Shown one piece after another: positions 24,877 through 36,845 of a stretch of 64,000 nt of DNA. This DNA comes from Raillietiella orientalis (Eukaryota), in contig JAYWIR010000001.1 in assembly GCA_036172245.1 (NCBI GenBank), positions 7,192,001 to 7,256,000 on the forward strand, in the 5' to 3' direction. The position numbers and the translations under genes are program-made. Each line of letters opens with the position of its first letter. Positions within the stretch are counted from its first letter, which is position 1. The notes beneath the pieces were generated by a model that saw only the letters and a list, made by a program, of their open reading frames with translations, was not told the origin of the DNA and searched no databases.

Positions 24877-27800
24877 TCCTTTGTTTTCTACTGAACAGCA
24901 ATGAATGAAAAAGAATATGCATAAGAATATTCGAGATTTGAGAACTTGAGGAATATCTCTAATCACAAGAGATCCCCGTAGTAATCATTAAGGCTGATTC
25001 GTGCACATGTTTTTTTATCTTCTGATTTAACTTGTTCTCATGTAAGCTGACTCATTTATGTAAATAATAGTTCAACATGGTCTAATATGTAATTAAATTG
25101 GAATAATAATGTAGTGCAGCTGCTATTCTTGGTTAAATTTGCCATTAGGAATTTTTACATGCTTTAAATTCAAAGTTAAAACGTGAACTTTGATAAATAT
25201 TAATAGTATGTACTCCATTTTAGCATATCCCTTTGGAGTCACAAATCTATTTTATTAAACACTACTCACTAGAGGAATAAGAGAGGATACAAAAAGGACA
25301 TGCTTTTCAGAATATTCTAGGAATTTGTTTCTCATAATGTATTCAATACAGAATCAAGAAAAACATCGATGCTTTTCAGTCGCATCAATTTCTGAATCCA
25401 CATTTACATAATAGTCGACCATGAAATCAAGTAAAAGAATGAGTTCCATGATCGACTAATAGATAAAACCGCAACTATAAAAAGGTACTTTGGAATGATC
25501 GTTTCATTGCAGAAATTCTTTACAGTGATAAGAGATATTTTAATTCCTTTTTTTTTTTCCAGCTGTGGTCAAGTAAAAAAAAAACGTCCATTATTGAAAA
25601 AAATGCTAAAGAGTGGATACTTTGAAGAAGAATCATGAAATAAATCTTTCTCAGTAATTAATCATCTCAATAATTGATAGACATCCATTCGTCATAACAA
25701 GTTTTGCATTTATGATCTTGTCATTTGATTAAAATGGAAGTTTTATAGTTTGAAGTTTTTGCTTTGGATGCGCGCGCGTATGGTTACTGGAAATTTCAGA
25801 CGAAAGAAATGAACTTCTGTAATAAAACACGATGCCAATCTTAATCGGAAATAAAGACCGCAGGAATTACTAACTTTTTCAAGGCAGAAATTTTCATAAA
25901 TGGAGTGTTTTTCTGATTTAAACAGTGTTTTTGACTTGATGAAAGCTTCCGGCAACATTCGTTTCATGAAATGTACTATACAAGCAAAATTTATGATCCA
26001 AAATGAAATCTCTCAGGTTTGGATGAATAACTGTTGCAGAACTGGAATGCTCTTTTTATCTAAGAAGTCGTTCTGATCTCTTCCATTCATTAGTTGGGCT
26101 TCTTTTATACGCTATAAAATTTGATTTCCGACGAGTCTCATTAATTTCATAAATTTATGAAGTTCATTTGATGTCATGAAGTCAGAGTATTGAAAAGTAT
26201 AAAAACCGTTGTACAATAAAATTCGTTAAAGCTATGTAATAAAATGACTCCGAACTGCACTTCAAGTAAACATCTTTGTTGTCTTGCTTTCTGGATTATC
26301 TTACTTGTATTTTCCTATATTCAGTTATCGAAAAATGGAGATTTTTTTTTTTAATTATGATACACCCTTTAAGCTCTAAAGGTATTCGAAGAATTATTTC
26401 CTACTTTACATTCGCAAACTTACTTTAGCCAGATTCTAGTTGTGCTCGAATGATTACATCACATGATTTGAGCGGGAAAAATCAGCTGATTGAAAAACGG
26501 ATACAATGGTAAACACAAAACCTGTGCACAGTGTATAGCATTGATGTTTGCTTTATTCTTTTGAACATTAGAATGTTTATGGCAAGTGGTTTTCTGTGAA
26601 GCGATTGCATTTGAAGTTACGGAAAATACGTTCTCAAGTGTTCCTTTATTAAGACTTTAAGATTAAGCAGTAAATATAATGGTGTATTTATTATACAGTG
26701 CATGGAAACTGGGGACTGAAGTTATGCAAAGTAAGTACATCATCAATTGCAGTTTGAAAATTTAAGATAAAAAAAATTGAAAAAAAAAAAAAAAAGAAAG
26801 ACTGTTTTGAAAAAAAAAGTAGTTATTATATTGTGTGCTTAAGATATTTTTAGTTTTGCATGAATACTCTATTGCTTGGGTGATGCAGTTAATGTGTGAA
26901 TTAGCCCACTAGTTAGCGGAAACATAAGTATCAATGCTGCAATTAATGACTTGGAATTGTGCTTTTATGGAGTATCTTTTTTTTTTTTTTTTCTGGCTAC
27001 TTGCATTTGTTTTTTAAAATTTGTATAAATCTCAAGGTCATACCAGGAAAAGTCAAATTTTCATTCCCTTTTTTTGTGAATTCAGAAAAGTAATGTTTTA
27101 CAAGGTCTGTGCTTTGTACTAAAGACAATTCAGTTACAGGGTTGATTGTGTTTTTATTTTGTTCGCTCTTGCAGCAGGTTTGCAAAATTTTAAGTTTTGA
27201 CTTTGGTTTTTCTTTATTTGGCATTTAACTACAACCATAGGCGTCAGTCCCACACATATGAAATTTGAAAATGTGTATGAATCTGTGCAGTTTGCTTCAT
27301 TATTTCCTGCATCTCTGGAAGCATATATATATATATTTTTTAATCATTATCCCATTTTTGCATCATCATTCTCATTTTTCATGATCTACTGTAAAGTTAT
27401 TGCAGAAGATAATAATATGTTTCTGCAATTGATGATGAACTTGAAAGCAAATACATTGTACAGATTGCTTCAGAATTGCAGTTTATGTTGAATGAATTGT
27501 ACATGATAATTATCATCATCAAGTATGAATGGAATGAAACGGATTTTTTCATCATTCTCCATTTTTACTGCATGATGAGTATGAAAATCACAAACAGAGA
27601 AGTCACAAGGAACTTGGTTTTGGCAACCAGTTGCAATTAAGATTCTTTTTTTTTTTTTTTTTTCTTCAGTTTAAAATTTTTCGATTATGAAATGAGCACA
27701 CAGTATGTAAAGTGCATAATCATCATGGCAAATTGTAAAATTTAATCAAAATAATGCATAACGAAGGCTTATAAACATATTTACCCTTGTCACCAGTCCT

Positions 27801-30800
27801 TTTAGATAATGTTTAGAATTAAGATTAGAGTCACTATTAATTTGATTCCATTATTATCCAGGTTTCAGATTTGTTGGTTTGTTTTGTAAGACACCTACAC
27901 AGTACAAACCATGCACAAACGATCGTTATCAGTTATTTTCGTTCAAATTGAAATACTTTTTTTTTTTTTCAGAACATTTTATTGATCATCAAATGCGGTT
28001 AGCCTACTTTCGTTTGGAGAGGTATCGAAGCCAAATAACTCATTTGATTGATAACACATGTTTCCCTAGTCATAAGGAGGAAAATTTCAAGTAACACCAG
28101 AAATACTCCTTATGGACGAATCAATTTTCTTTTTTGTTATTTTTTAAAGCATTCTTTTTGATTACCTCGCGGTCCTGACTCCCTACAGAACCGCAGACCG
28201 TGTGCGTTTACACTGAACAGTGTACACTGTTGCTTACGATTGTTTTTTTTTTTGTTTTTGTTTTTTTGTGTGTGTTATTTCAAAGTTTAATTTCCCACTT
28301 GATATTTGTGAGGATTAATGTTGCGTGCATTGTCTTGTGTTTTTGTTACTTCATTACTTTTTTTTTTTTTTTTTTTTTTTGCGCGATGTTACATTTTCGC
28401 AGTCATTATCAACACTTCATTGGAATGACGAATGTGATCAAATGTTGCAACTTTTCCTATTACCACCGTGCTGGATTCTTTTCTAAAAGCTGTATGATTC
28501 CCCTCCTTTTTTTGTTTTTTTTTGCGAGTCTTAAGCCCCAATACGCGAGGATTTTGTTCGAAATCCAGATGGTTTAGGTTGTGACCTACACTGATGACAT
28601 TTGCTGACAGTTTTCTCGTTTCCTTTCATGTGCTTGCTTGCATGTATAAAATGCCGTGTATCATTCGTCGGTATTTCTCCAGACGTAATCTTTTTGATTA
28701 TGGTATTTAATACGATAGCACGATACATTTACCCGCAAAGACCACGTTTCACGTTTCGATTTGAACGTTTGCAGAATCATCATCAGCACTCGTACATACG
28801 AATTCGTTTGTTCTTATTGTCTGAAATTTCTAATTCTTGTTATTTGTGCCTCACCTCATTTGAGGCTTTTACATGCATCCTCCGCGTTATCTTCCAAAAA
28901 TTCTGGAAAATTGCGCTGCCAAGTCTTATGGAACAAATGTTACTCCATGGCTTGCAGCACACTTCCCGGAAGTGGAGTTTGCACTTCAGCATATAGTTTG
29001 AATTTCTTTGAAGCAAAGCCGACCATCTCTAGGAATTCCTTCATGCACTGATTTTTTATGTGATAGTGTTAGCGATCACACAATTATTTACTTCGGGAAC
29101 AGTTCACGACTGCTGTGCTGAACAAACCTCTTTAAACTTATGCTGAGGCTCTCATTGCCTTTTCAGTCGTCTTTGCAGGAGTGTTCTATGTTTAATGTTC
29201 GAATCATCAGGCTCAAGCGGAAATGTTTGGTTATCCCAAATGTAAGCCTGGGGAAGGATTCAATCGCAACAACAGACGGGAAAAACAAAAAAAATAGCAA
29301 AAACAAAAAACAGTGCACTTGAACTTAGGAAAGTCTCCGGACTCGGAAGCCTCAAATCTGCATGTACACCGAATGCGTACAGGTGTACAGCCTTCATTCC
29401 GAATGTTGGCACATCCGCAACCAGTTATGCTAAATAGATCTTTCGAGCATTCAAGAGAATGTTGACATTCACACAGACGGAAGTTTCGGAACGTTCAATG
29501 GACAAAAAAATGTTTTTAGCCATCGTTTACAAAAAACAAAAAAAAGAAAAAAAAAAAAAAAAAGAAAGAGAGAAGAAGAAGAAGAAGAAGCGAACGATTG
29601 AGCGCCGATTTTTGTAGGCGGCGAAGACGGTGTTTTCTGTTCATGAAGCTCCACTCCTCCTCCTCTGCCTACTTGGGCTCACCGAATCCAGTAGAGCAGA
29701 TCTTTTGCTCTTTCAAATACCGAGTAGGAAATAGAAGGCAGCTTTCCTTTCTACGAAAGTGGAAGAAGAAGCGGCTTCTCCGGCCTTTCACGCACACTTT
29801 TCATGTTTTGTTTTGTTTTTTGCATTACTTCATTAAAAGGGACTCTCTTAAAATGAGAGAGGTCAAGGTCTCTCGTGAAGGCTTTTCATTTGGACTTTTC
29901 GAGGCATAATAATTCTTTATCTTGAAGCGAAATGGAATGTCGTGGAAATCATCTTTGCAGAGCTATAAAAGGCAAGCGAGCAAGCTGTTGGTTCAAGTGC
30001 CACAGCCGAATCTGGTCAACACACCCGTTTTCTTCGTGCTTTTTTTTCTTTTTATTCTGTTTTTATTTTTCTAACAGATTGGCGAAGTGTTGAGTGGTCA
30101 GGGGGATATATTTGTAAATCGATTTTATTTAATATTGTTGCATTTCCTATCTTCCTGGCTTGGAAAGTTTCCCTCAAAAGGACTCTCATACTGCGGTTTG
30201 GCGCTTGTGTCAATGATCAGTCAATAATCTAAAACAAACACCCGGCCTGAGGCGAAGGCCCAGCAGAAATGAAAGCTCAGACCTACGACCTGAGAGGTTT
30301 CGGTGGAACGCATTCTTAGTGATTCCATCAGGTGGTGATGCGGAGCTGTTGATTTTCCAGACAGAGACGAAGCAGAAGCTCGGAAATTCTCGTTATGAGG
30401 GAGATGGGGCAGCTATATCGGATAAATATCTGGGAACCAATTGTGATGAATGCATGCTGTCCCTATGGTAATCGTCACTATTAAGTCCATGCGCATGTAC
30501 CGAGGGAGCGAGGAGGATGCTGTGTGCTTTTGTGGTGTTTCCAAGCGGCGTGCTGTACCGATGGAATTTGCTTGAGACGCTGTTGGATAGGGCGGTGTAC
30601 AGAGGTGAAGAGAAGGAAATGCATCCTCCCATGCATTCCAGTCCCGTTTTTTCGATCGGTGAGGAGGTTTTTTATTCTAGAGAAACTTTTCGAGATCCTT
30701 GAAAATTCTCGCCCTGCTCTTGAGGCACTCTCACACATACACACCACGCACTAAACGTGAGAAATGACTTCTAAAATCCATAGCTTCGTACGAATTGCAG

Positions 30801-33800
30801 GATCCATGAAAAGCTGCTTGGTCTTGCTCTAACGGAGTCTGTAATCGATTTGGTTTCCCCTTCGTTTTCGTCAGTAGGTTTGCGGCAGGTTGTGGCGCCT
30901 AATTGGTGGCTAATTCGACTCGGTTTGTGGTCTGCAAAAAGTTTCCTTCCCGATTTTTCGGTCGATCCCGAACGTCTGGATGGGCGCGGCCTACTTGCGG
31001 AGTAGCGCGGCAGAAAACTTGGGAGGGAGGGTCAGCTCGCCGTTTCACTCCATGTAATTCTCCGGTGCATTTCCCCACGCCGCATCCTTACTGATCCGTA
31101 ATCGTTCTTTGCTGCCGCAGTTTCCCTCGAGATTTCATGTGGCTGCCTGCAGCTTCTCTTCTCTCGTACTTCCGCTCAGGGAACGTTCAGCCAGGACGGA
31201 CTCCTCGGGTGCACCCAGTGAAAGGATGAGCTGAATGGCTGCGCTCCCGGATGGGGTGAAGAGTTATGGGTCCCGATTGCAAAGTCATTGCACCTGATGA
31301 CAAAGAATACGGAGGAGGGGGGAGGGAGGAGGCATGTGATCTTTTCCTCAAGCCATGTTGGGAATCCGTCGCGGAAGCTTTCGAAGTCACATTTTCGTAT
31401 ACGGCGCAGCCTCGCGATAGGTTACCTCGCGTAGGTTACTATTCGTGTCTATCTGTCACTCGAGTCGAGTGTGCCGCAGGCAGCCATCTTGTCTGAAAGG
31501 CTGCTCGATGTTTCTAAATGACCCTCCCCGAGCAAACAAGTTCAACAAGCGTTCCGTGGTGATAAGCCAGCGACCCTCTTGCGTGTTCGTCATCGACTCC
31601 TTCAGAGTGTCTTCTGACTTGGAAGTAGAAGTCAGCACCCAGCAGCTCTTCGGATCCTGGCATTTTCCCGGAGTGGGAATCTCCCCAAACTGTTTTTTGC
31701 TCGTTGCGGATTCTGAAGGTGAACTGCCCATTGTTGCTTCTTCCGGTTCCCCTTCCCCTCCCAAGGAACCCGCTAGTCGGAAAGGCTCCAGTCCGTTTGC
31801 TCAACAGCGCTCGAAATTCCATTTCGAGCGCTGTTGAAAACGCCCATGCCCGGACGATGGCCAGTGGGACCACTCGGTTGGAAAAACGGCCGCCGCTCCC
31901 GTTAAGAACTTCGTAGTCTCACGTGCTTTCTGTGGTGCTCTGCACACGTGGTCTGTTTGGTCCCTTTTCTTCGCGAAGGATTCGTCCATCCAGCATCGCG
32001 GTGCCTCCTTCGTTGCCAGATAGTGCGCCAGGTAGGTCAAAGATTACGTTTGCTTACTGATAAACTCCTGAGCGGATCCTTTGGAGTGGCTTCTCGCTTC
32101 TTTGGCTGCAGAGAGAGGACCTCATAGCAGATTTGCGCATCCCCCAAACGAGATGCGAATAAATCTCGGGCGAGGTCATGCTGAAGGCTTGATTGATGCG
32201 TCGGAACATGGCAGCATGCGGGCGGATTCTTTTCGACGCGCCTCTTAACCGGTGTGGCTTCTCCGGGCGGGGAGTAGGGAATAGGAATAGGCCCCCAGGT
32301 CCTGAGTTATTATTGACTAACGATTGCTGCTGGTCTGTGCGGATTTTAAGGATGCTCATCAACACAAGCTCGGGTCTGGATAGGGCGCGCGCTCTTCTTG
32401 TGCGTCATCTGCTTGCCGTGAAGAAGCCTTGGTCGGGGTGGGTGGGGGAGGTAAATTTTGATATCTTGGAAAGATGCTGCTGTCGCTGCCCCCGCGCTGT
32501 CAGGATGGAGCCGCGTGGACCGGTAGCAACCTGGGAGATCAAATTGAGAGCATTTAGCCTCTGGGAAAGAGAGGGAATAGGTCGAAGCTTGGCGCCGAAC
32601 ACCTCTTGGACACCCGAGGGGGGGGAACAGGAGGTTCCGAATTTCGTTAAGGGGGGGCACAGTGTGCGTCGTGACCACAACTGCTGCAACGTGAACTGCG
32701 TAGCAGGTCGTTGCTCTGAGAGCTTCCCACGACATGGCTGTGAAGGCTTCGAACGACGGTCATGTCGTTGTACCCCCACGTTCTCCTACACTGTCGGGAG
32801 GGAGCATCTAGGCGCCCACATCCAGGAGCTGCACGCTTTCAAAAATACTTGGAAGCTGCAGGGAAGGTCACGTGACATGCGCGTGAATGCTTTCTCTCCC
32901 CCCTTCCGTACGTGGTACTCGGTTTCGGAGGATCCCGAGTATGCGGAGAGATTCCAAGACTCTGCGGCGAAGAGGAGAAGCTGTGGCGGTTCCCTTGATC
33001 TCGGGACACGGCATGCGCAGAAGACCTCTGCATCGTCCAGGGGTAACGGGAAGCATTTCGTTCCCCCCAGCCCCTCCAGGAAGACCCTGTCGGTTCGCAA
33101 GCCTCCCAGAGAAGACGAGTGGTGCGCAACCCTCGTCCTCCCGGCATTGCAGCATTACACGCCTTCGGGAAGAGATCTTTCCCTTCCCCCGCAGCAGTCG
33201 GAACTGACATCGCTTCCGCTACGGACGCGTCCTCATGTTCTTGGCTCTTGCCGTACGCCTGCAGGTCATCCTGTTAATCCCCGCGCGATTGTTTTTACAA
33301 GCGAGATGGTGCCGAGGAAAAAAAAAAAAAAACGCGCGAAAACCCTGATCTTTTGGTTTCGAAGCAGCCGGATGGTCCGAACGTGGGGAGAGCGTCTCTT
33401 GGGAGCGGGATTCCGGCAGCGGGAAGGCCGTTGACCGAGGTCTTTCCCTTCCTCTCCCTATCCAGGACTGCCCGGTCACCCAAGTTCGAGAGCGCGCCAG
33501 AGAGACATCCGACCCAGGCTGATCCGTTCGCAGTTCCCTTTCTGGAGACGGGGTTTCTCATTCAGGTTTCCGACGCTGAATGCGAGCCCCAATCGCCGGT
33601 CAAGAGGTGGATCCTTGGGGGGGAGTAGGATCGGCGGAATCCAGGTTCTGGAAACCGGATCCTCAAAGACCACACCCCGCGTACGTTTGCGCACACGCTC
33701 GTCAGCACACAAAGGCAGATGAGGTGCGCACCGTGGTTCCTCCCCACCCTCTAGAGTCGTGGTGGCCACCGCGTGCATCCCGTGGGAGCAGGAGGGGGGG

Positions 33801-34569
33801 AGAAAGAGAGGAACCCAGGAGACGAAAGGACTGTAGCGGAAAAGACGACCGTGGGAAAGTGGAGGAACGCATGCCGAGAGATTGGCGCCGCACACAGGAG
33901 AGGGGGCGGGAAAATGGCGGGCGGTTCCGCATCGCCACTGCGCAGTGCGTCCGCGGGTGGGGTAGGGTGGGGGACCCAGCTTTGGATGGGGGAGGGCGGG
34001 GCACCGCGTAGTTCGCTCGAGTGGGCGGAGGGAAGGGGCGAGGAGGCAGAGGCGCCGCGCCTCGTGAGACGTCTGGAAAGGAGGAAGGTGGGCGGACGAG
34101 ATGACGGAAGGGACTCACTGCAGCTGCCTGCTGCTGGGGGGGGGGGGTTGCCCGTCCGGAGGGCTGAGCCGAGAGGCGCACCGGAGCGCGCGCCATAAGG
34201 TCTGGGAAGAGGAGAAGGAAGGCATGCGACAGCTGGAAGATGGTCCGTCGCGGAAGGGGGGGGGGGATTCCATTCCACCGACTGATCCGCAACTGCGATC
34301 CCGGCGTGCAAGCTGGGGGGGGGGGGAGCCGGTCACCGACAGATCGCCGAGGGAAGACGCTGGTTCGCCCTGACTCACCTGCCGCCGCAGGAGAACGGAG
34401 AGAAAAAGCGAGAGGGCGATGCGGCAGACTGTTGCCAGGGAGCTAAGGCGGACCCTTCCCTGGTTACGCTCAGGGCCATCTGCTCGGTAGGACTTCTTTC
34501 CGCTCCCCCTGCCCCTTCTCTTTCGCTACTACCACGACGCCGGCTGCTCGCAACGACGGTGGCACCTTG

Positions 34570-36845
34570 CGCGGTCCTTACGGCGCAGGCGCACGCATTA
34601 GGCTGGCCAGGGGCACCAGCCGCCGCGGAGGAGAAAGCGAGACCCCCCTTCCCTCCCATCTGTGCACACGCGCGCTTGAGAGAGGGAGAGAGGGGTGGGG
34701 AAAATTCTCCGCTGCTGGCTTCTGGGCAGCCGGCGGCTGCCGCGCGCACCGGATGTCCTTCTTGGAGAAGCGCGGGAAAGAGCTGCACACTCCTTCGGGC
34801 ACGGAACTGGGTCGGTTGTTGCTGGGAAGCCTGTAGGCTTCGTTTGCAGCTGTCCCCCGTGCGTGGGTTGGACCAGACGGAGAGGAGGAAGGTCGACGGA
34901 AGTCATGCCGGACCTCTTTCGGCACTGGCGGAATAGAAGGAAAGCTGCGATTCTTGTCCGGGGGGGCGGCGATCGATCGAGCGGCGCCACCTCAACGGCG
35001 CGCGGGGCCTCCCGTCTGCCCAGCTTACCTTTCCTTTCCCCTGGGCGGCGGCAGTACGACTCCTTGAGGAGGCGCGGCGGCGGCGACCGTCGAAGGACAA
35101 AGGAGGGCGCTTCGATCGGGTGGAGGGAATTGGGAGGAAGGAGGAGGGGGGATGCGGTCCCTCTTTTCGCGCCTGGGCAGGTGGAAGAACGGCGAGGGAG
35201 AGAGGCGGTGAGGGGAGAAAGGGCGGGAACTCCAGGAGGTAGTCGGCTGTTCCAGCCGCTCCTTCCGATGGCGGGAAGGCGCACATCCCTCTTCGCTCGG
35301 GAGGCGAGCGGAATGGGGACGGGGGGAGAAGGCCGCGTCCCCAAGTGATGCTTCGCGTCGTTCCTGCGCCCCGGCCGGAGGGCTTGCGGTTCAAACGAGG
35401 GAAGGGGACGCGGAGCGGAAGGGAGGGGAATGGGTGGAGAGGAGGGGAGGGGAGGGTCCGACCGACCTCCGGACCGAGAATTCCCGGCCCCTTCTTCCTG
35501 CCCGCTCCGCGAAGTCGCGCGGCAGGTGTGGGAAGGGGGACGCAGCTTCGCCGGAGGTCCCAGGCTCCAAGATGCGGGGGGTGGATAGGTAGGCGGGTCG
35601 AATAGGGAGGGCCAACCAGAACGGGGGTGTAGGACGGATTTTTTTTTTTTTTTTTCCTTTTCCGCGTGCTTGAGTCGCCATCAGAGGGGCGAGGACGGCC
35701 GCCATGTCTGTCCCGCGTCGCGCTTCCCGGGAGGGAGAGGGGAGGGGAGGGAGAGATCAGGAATAGGGAAGGCTGGATGCCACCCCTCTTGGCCCGTGCC
35801 TTCGTCCCTTCCATCCCTAAGGAGCAGGATCCACGGGAAGCAAACTTCTTGCGGAGGGCGTTATGCGCGCGTTTTCGGCGGGGACGCCATCTTGGACCGC
35901 CCGTTGCGTGGGGCGACTTCCCTTTCCTGCTCCTCCTTTCCTTCCTCGTTCGACTTGGCTGATCCCGGAAGGGGGAGCGGCAGCTTCCAGGGGAGGAAGA
36001 GGAGGAAGCGAGGCACGACTCCTTCGGAAGGTGCAGAGATGCCCAGTGGCCATGAAAACTCTGCGGCGGTAGTCCCTTTTTTTCTTCCTCCCGGAGGAAC
36101 CGGTGCGGCTTTCCCCACCATCTCGTTTCCCACCGCCTCCGGAGTCCGCGGCAACCGTCGCCCACTCCCCGACGCTCTCAAGTCTGAAGAAGTCAGACGC
36201 CTACATTTGACCGGTGTCCAACGCGGGAGAATCCCCCTTCCTCGCCCCGAAAAGAGAGGGAGGGAAGGGGGGAAGTCGCGGTGCTCCTGTCCGCCCTAGC
36301 CCCGTTGCCCTCGCAAGGCGCGGGGGGGGGGGGGGCAGGAACGAGGGTGTGCATCTTGGGTGACGTGCCTTCCTCCTTCCCCGTCGCGAAGGAACGTAGC
36401 CGGGAGGAAAGGGTTGCGCGCGCTCCGCTTTTCGCCTCCCGCCACTAAAATGTTACGCAGGAATTGGCCTCCCCCGTGCGGGAGGGGGGGAAGGGAACTC
36501 GACGAAGGCGGGCGGACGCAGCCGAGCAAGACAGGAAGGCGGGCAGGAAGGAAGGAAGGGAGGGGGGGAGGCAGGTGTTGGATCGGCCATCTGCCTCCAT
36601 TGTTACGCAGGGATGGGCACGTGTTCTCTCCCCCCTTCCGCCGCCGCCGCCACCACCGCTGCGGCTCCTCCCAGCGCGCCCGCGCTCTCGCGCTGGCGGT
36701 CGCCGCGCTCGTCTGGCGGCCGGTCGGAACGCGCGCGCGCGGCCGCTTCGCCAGTTGGCGCTCGCGCGCAGGCGCGTACGGTCAGTCGTTCTGTAGCGTT
36801 CGGGCGCACCGTCGTCGGAGGGGGGAGGGCCCGACGGCGGCTGCC
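34570..36845. promoter_or_regulatory. CpG-island-like region upstream of Myb with NRF1/Ewg-like and YY1/Pho-like motifs, possibly bidirectional
   Basis: Very CpG-rich. GCGCAGGCGC occurs at 34583-34592 and 36766-36775 and CGCCATCTTG at 35885-35894. A strong minus-strand donor CAG|GTGAGT lies at 34378. Confidence 0.4.

Noticed and set aside
32193-36299. Long overlapping ORFs (413, 420, 248, 217 aa and others)
   Set aside because: They are Arg/Gly/Pro-rich, open on both strands, cross homopolymer runs and have no domain motif. This is expected from stop-codon scarcity at high GC.
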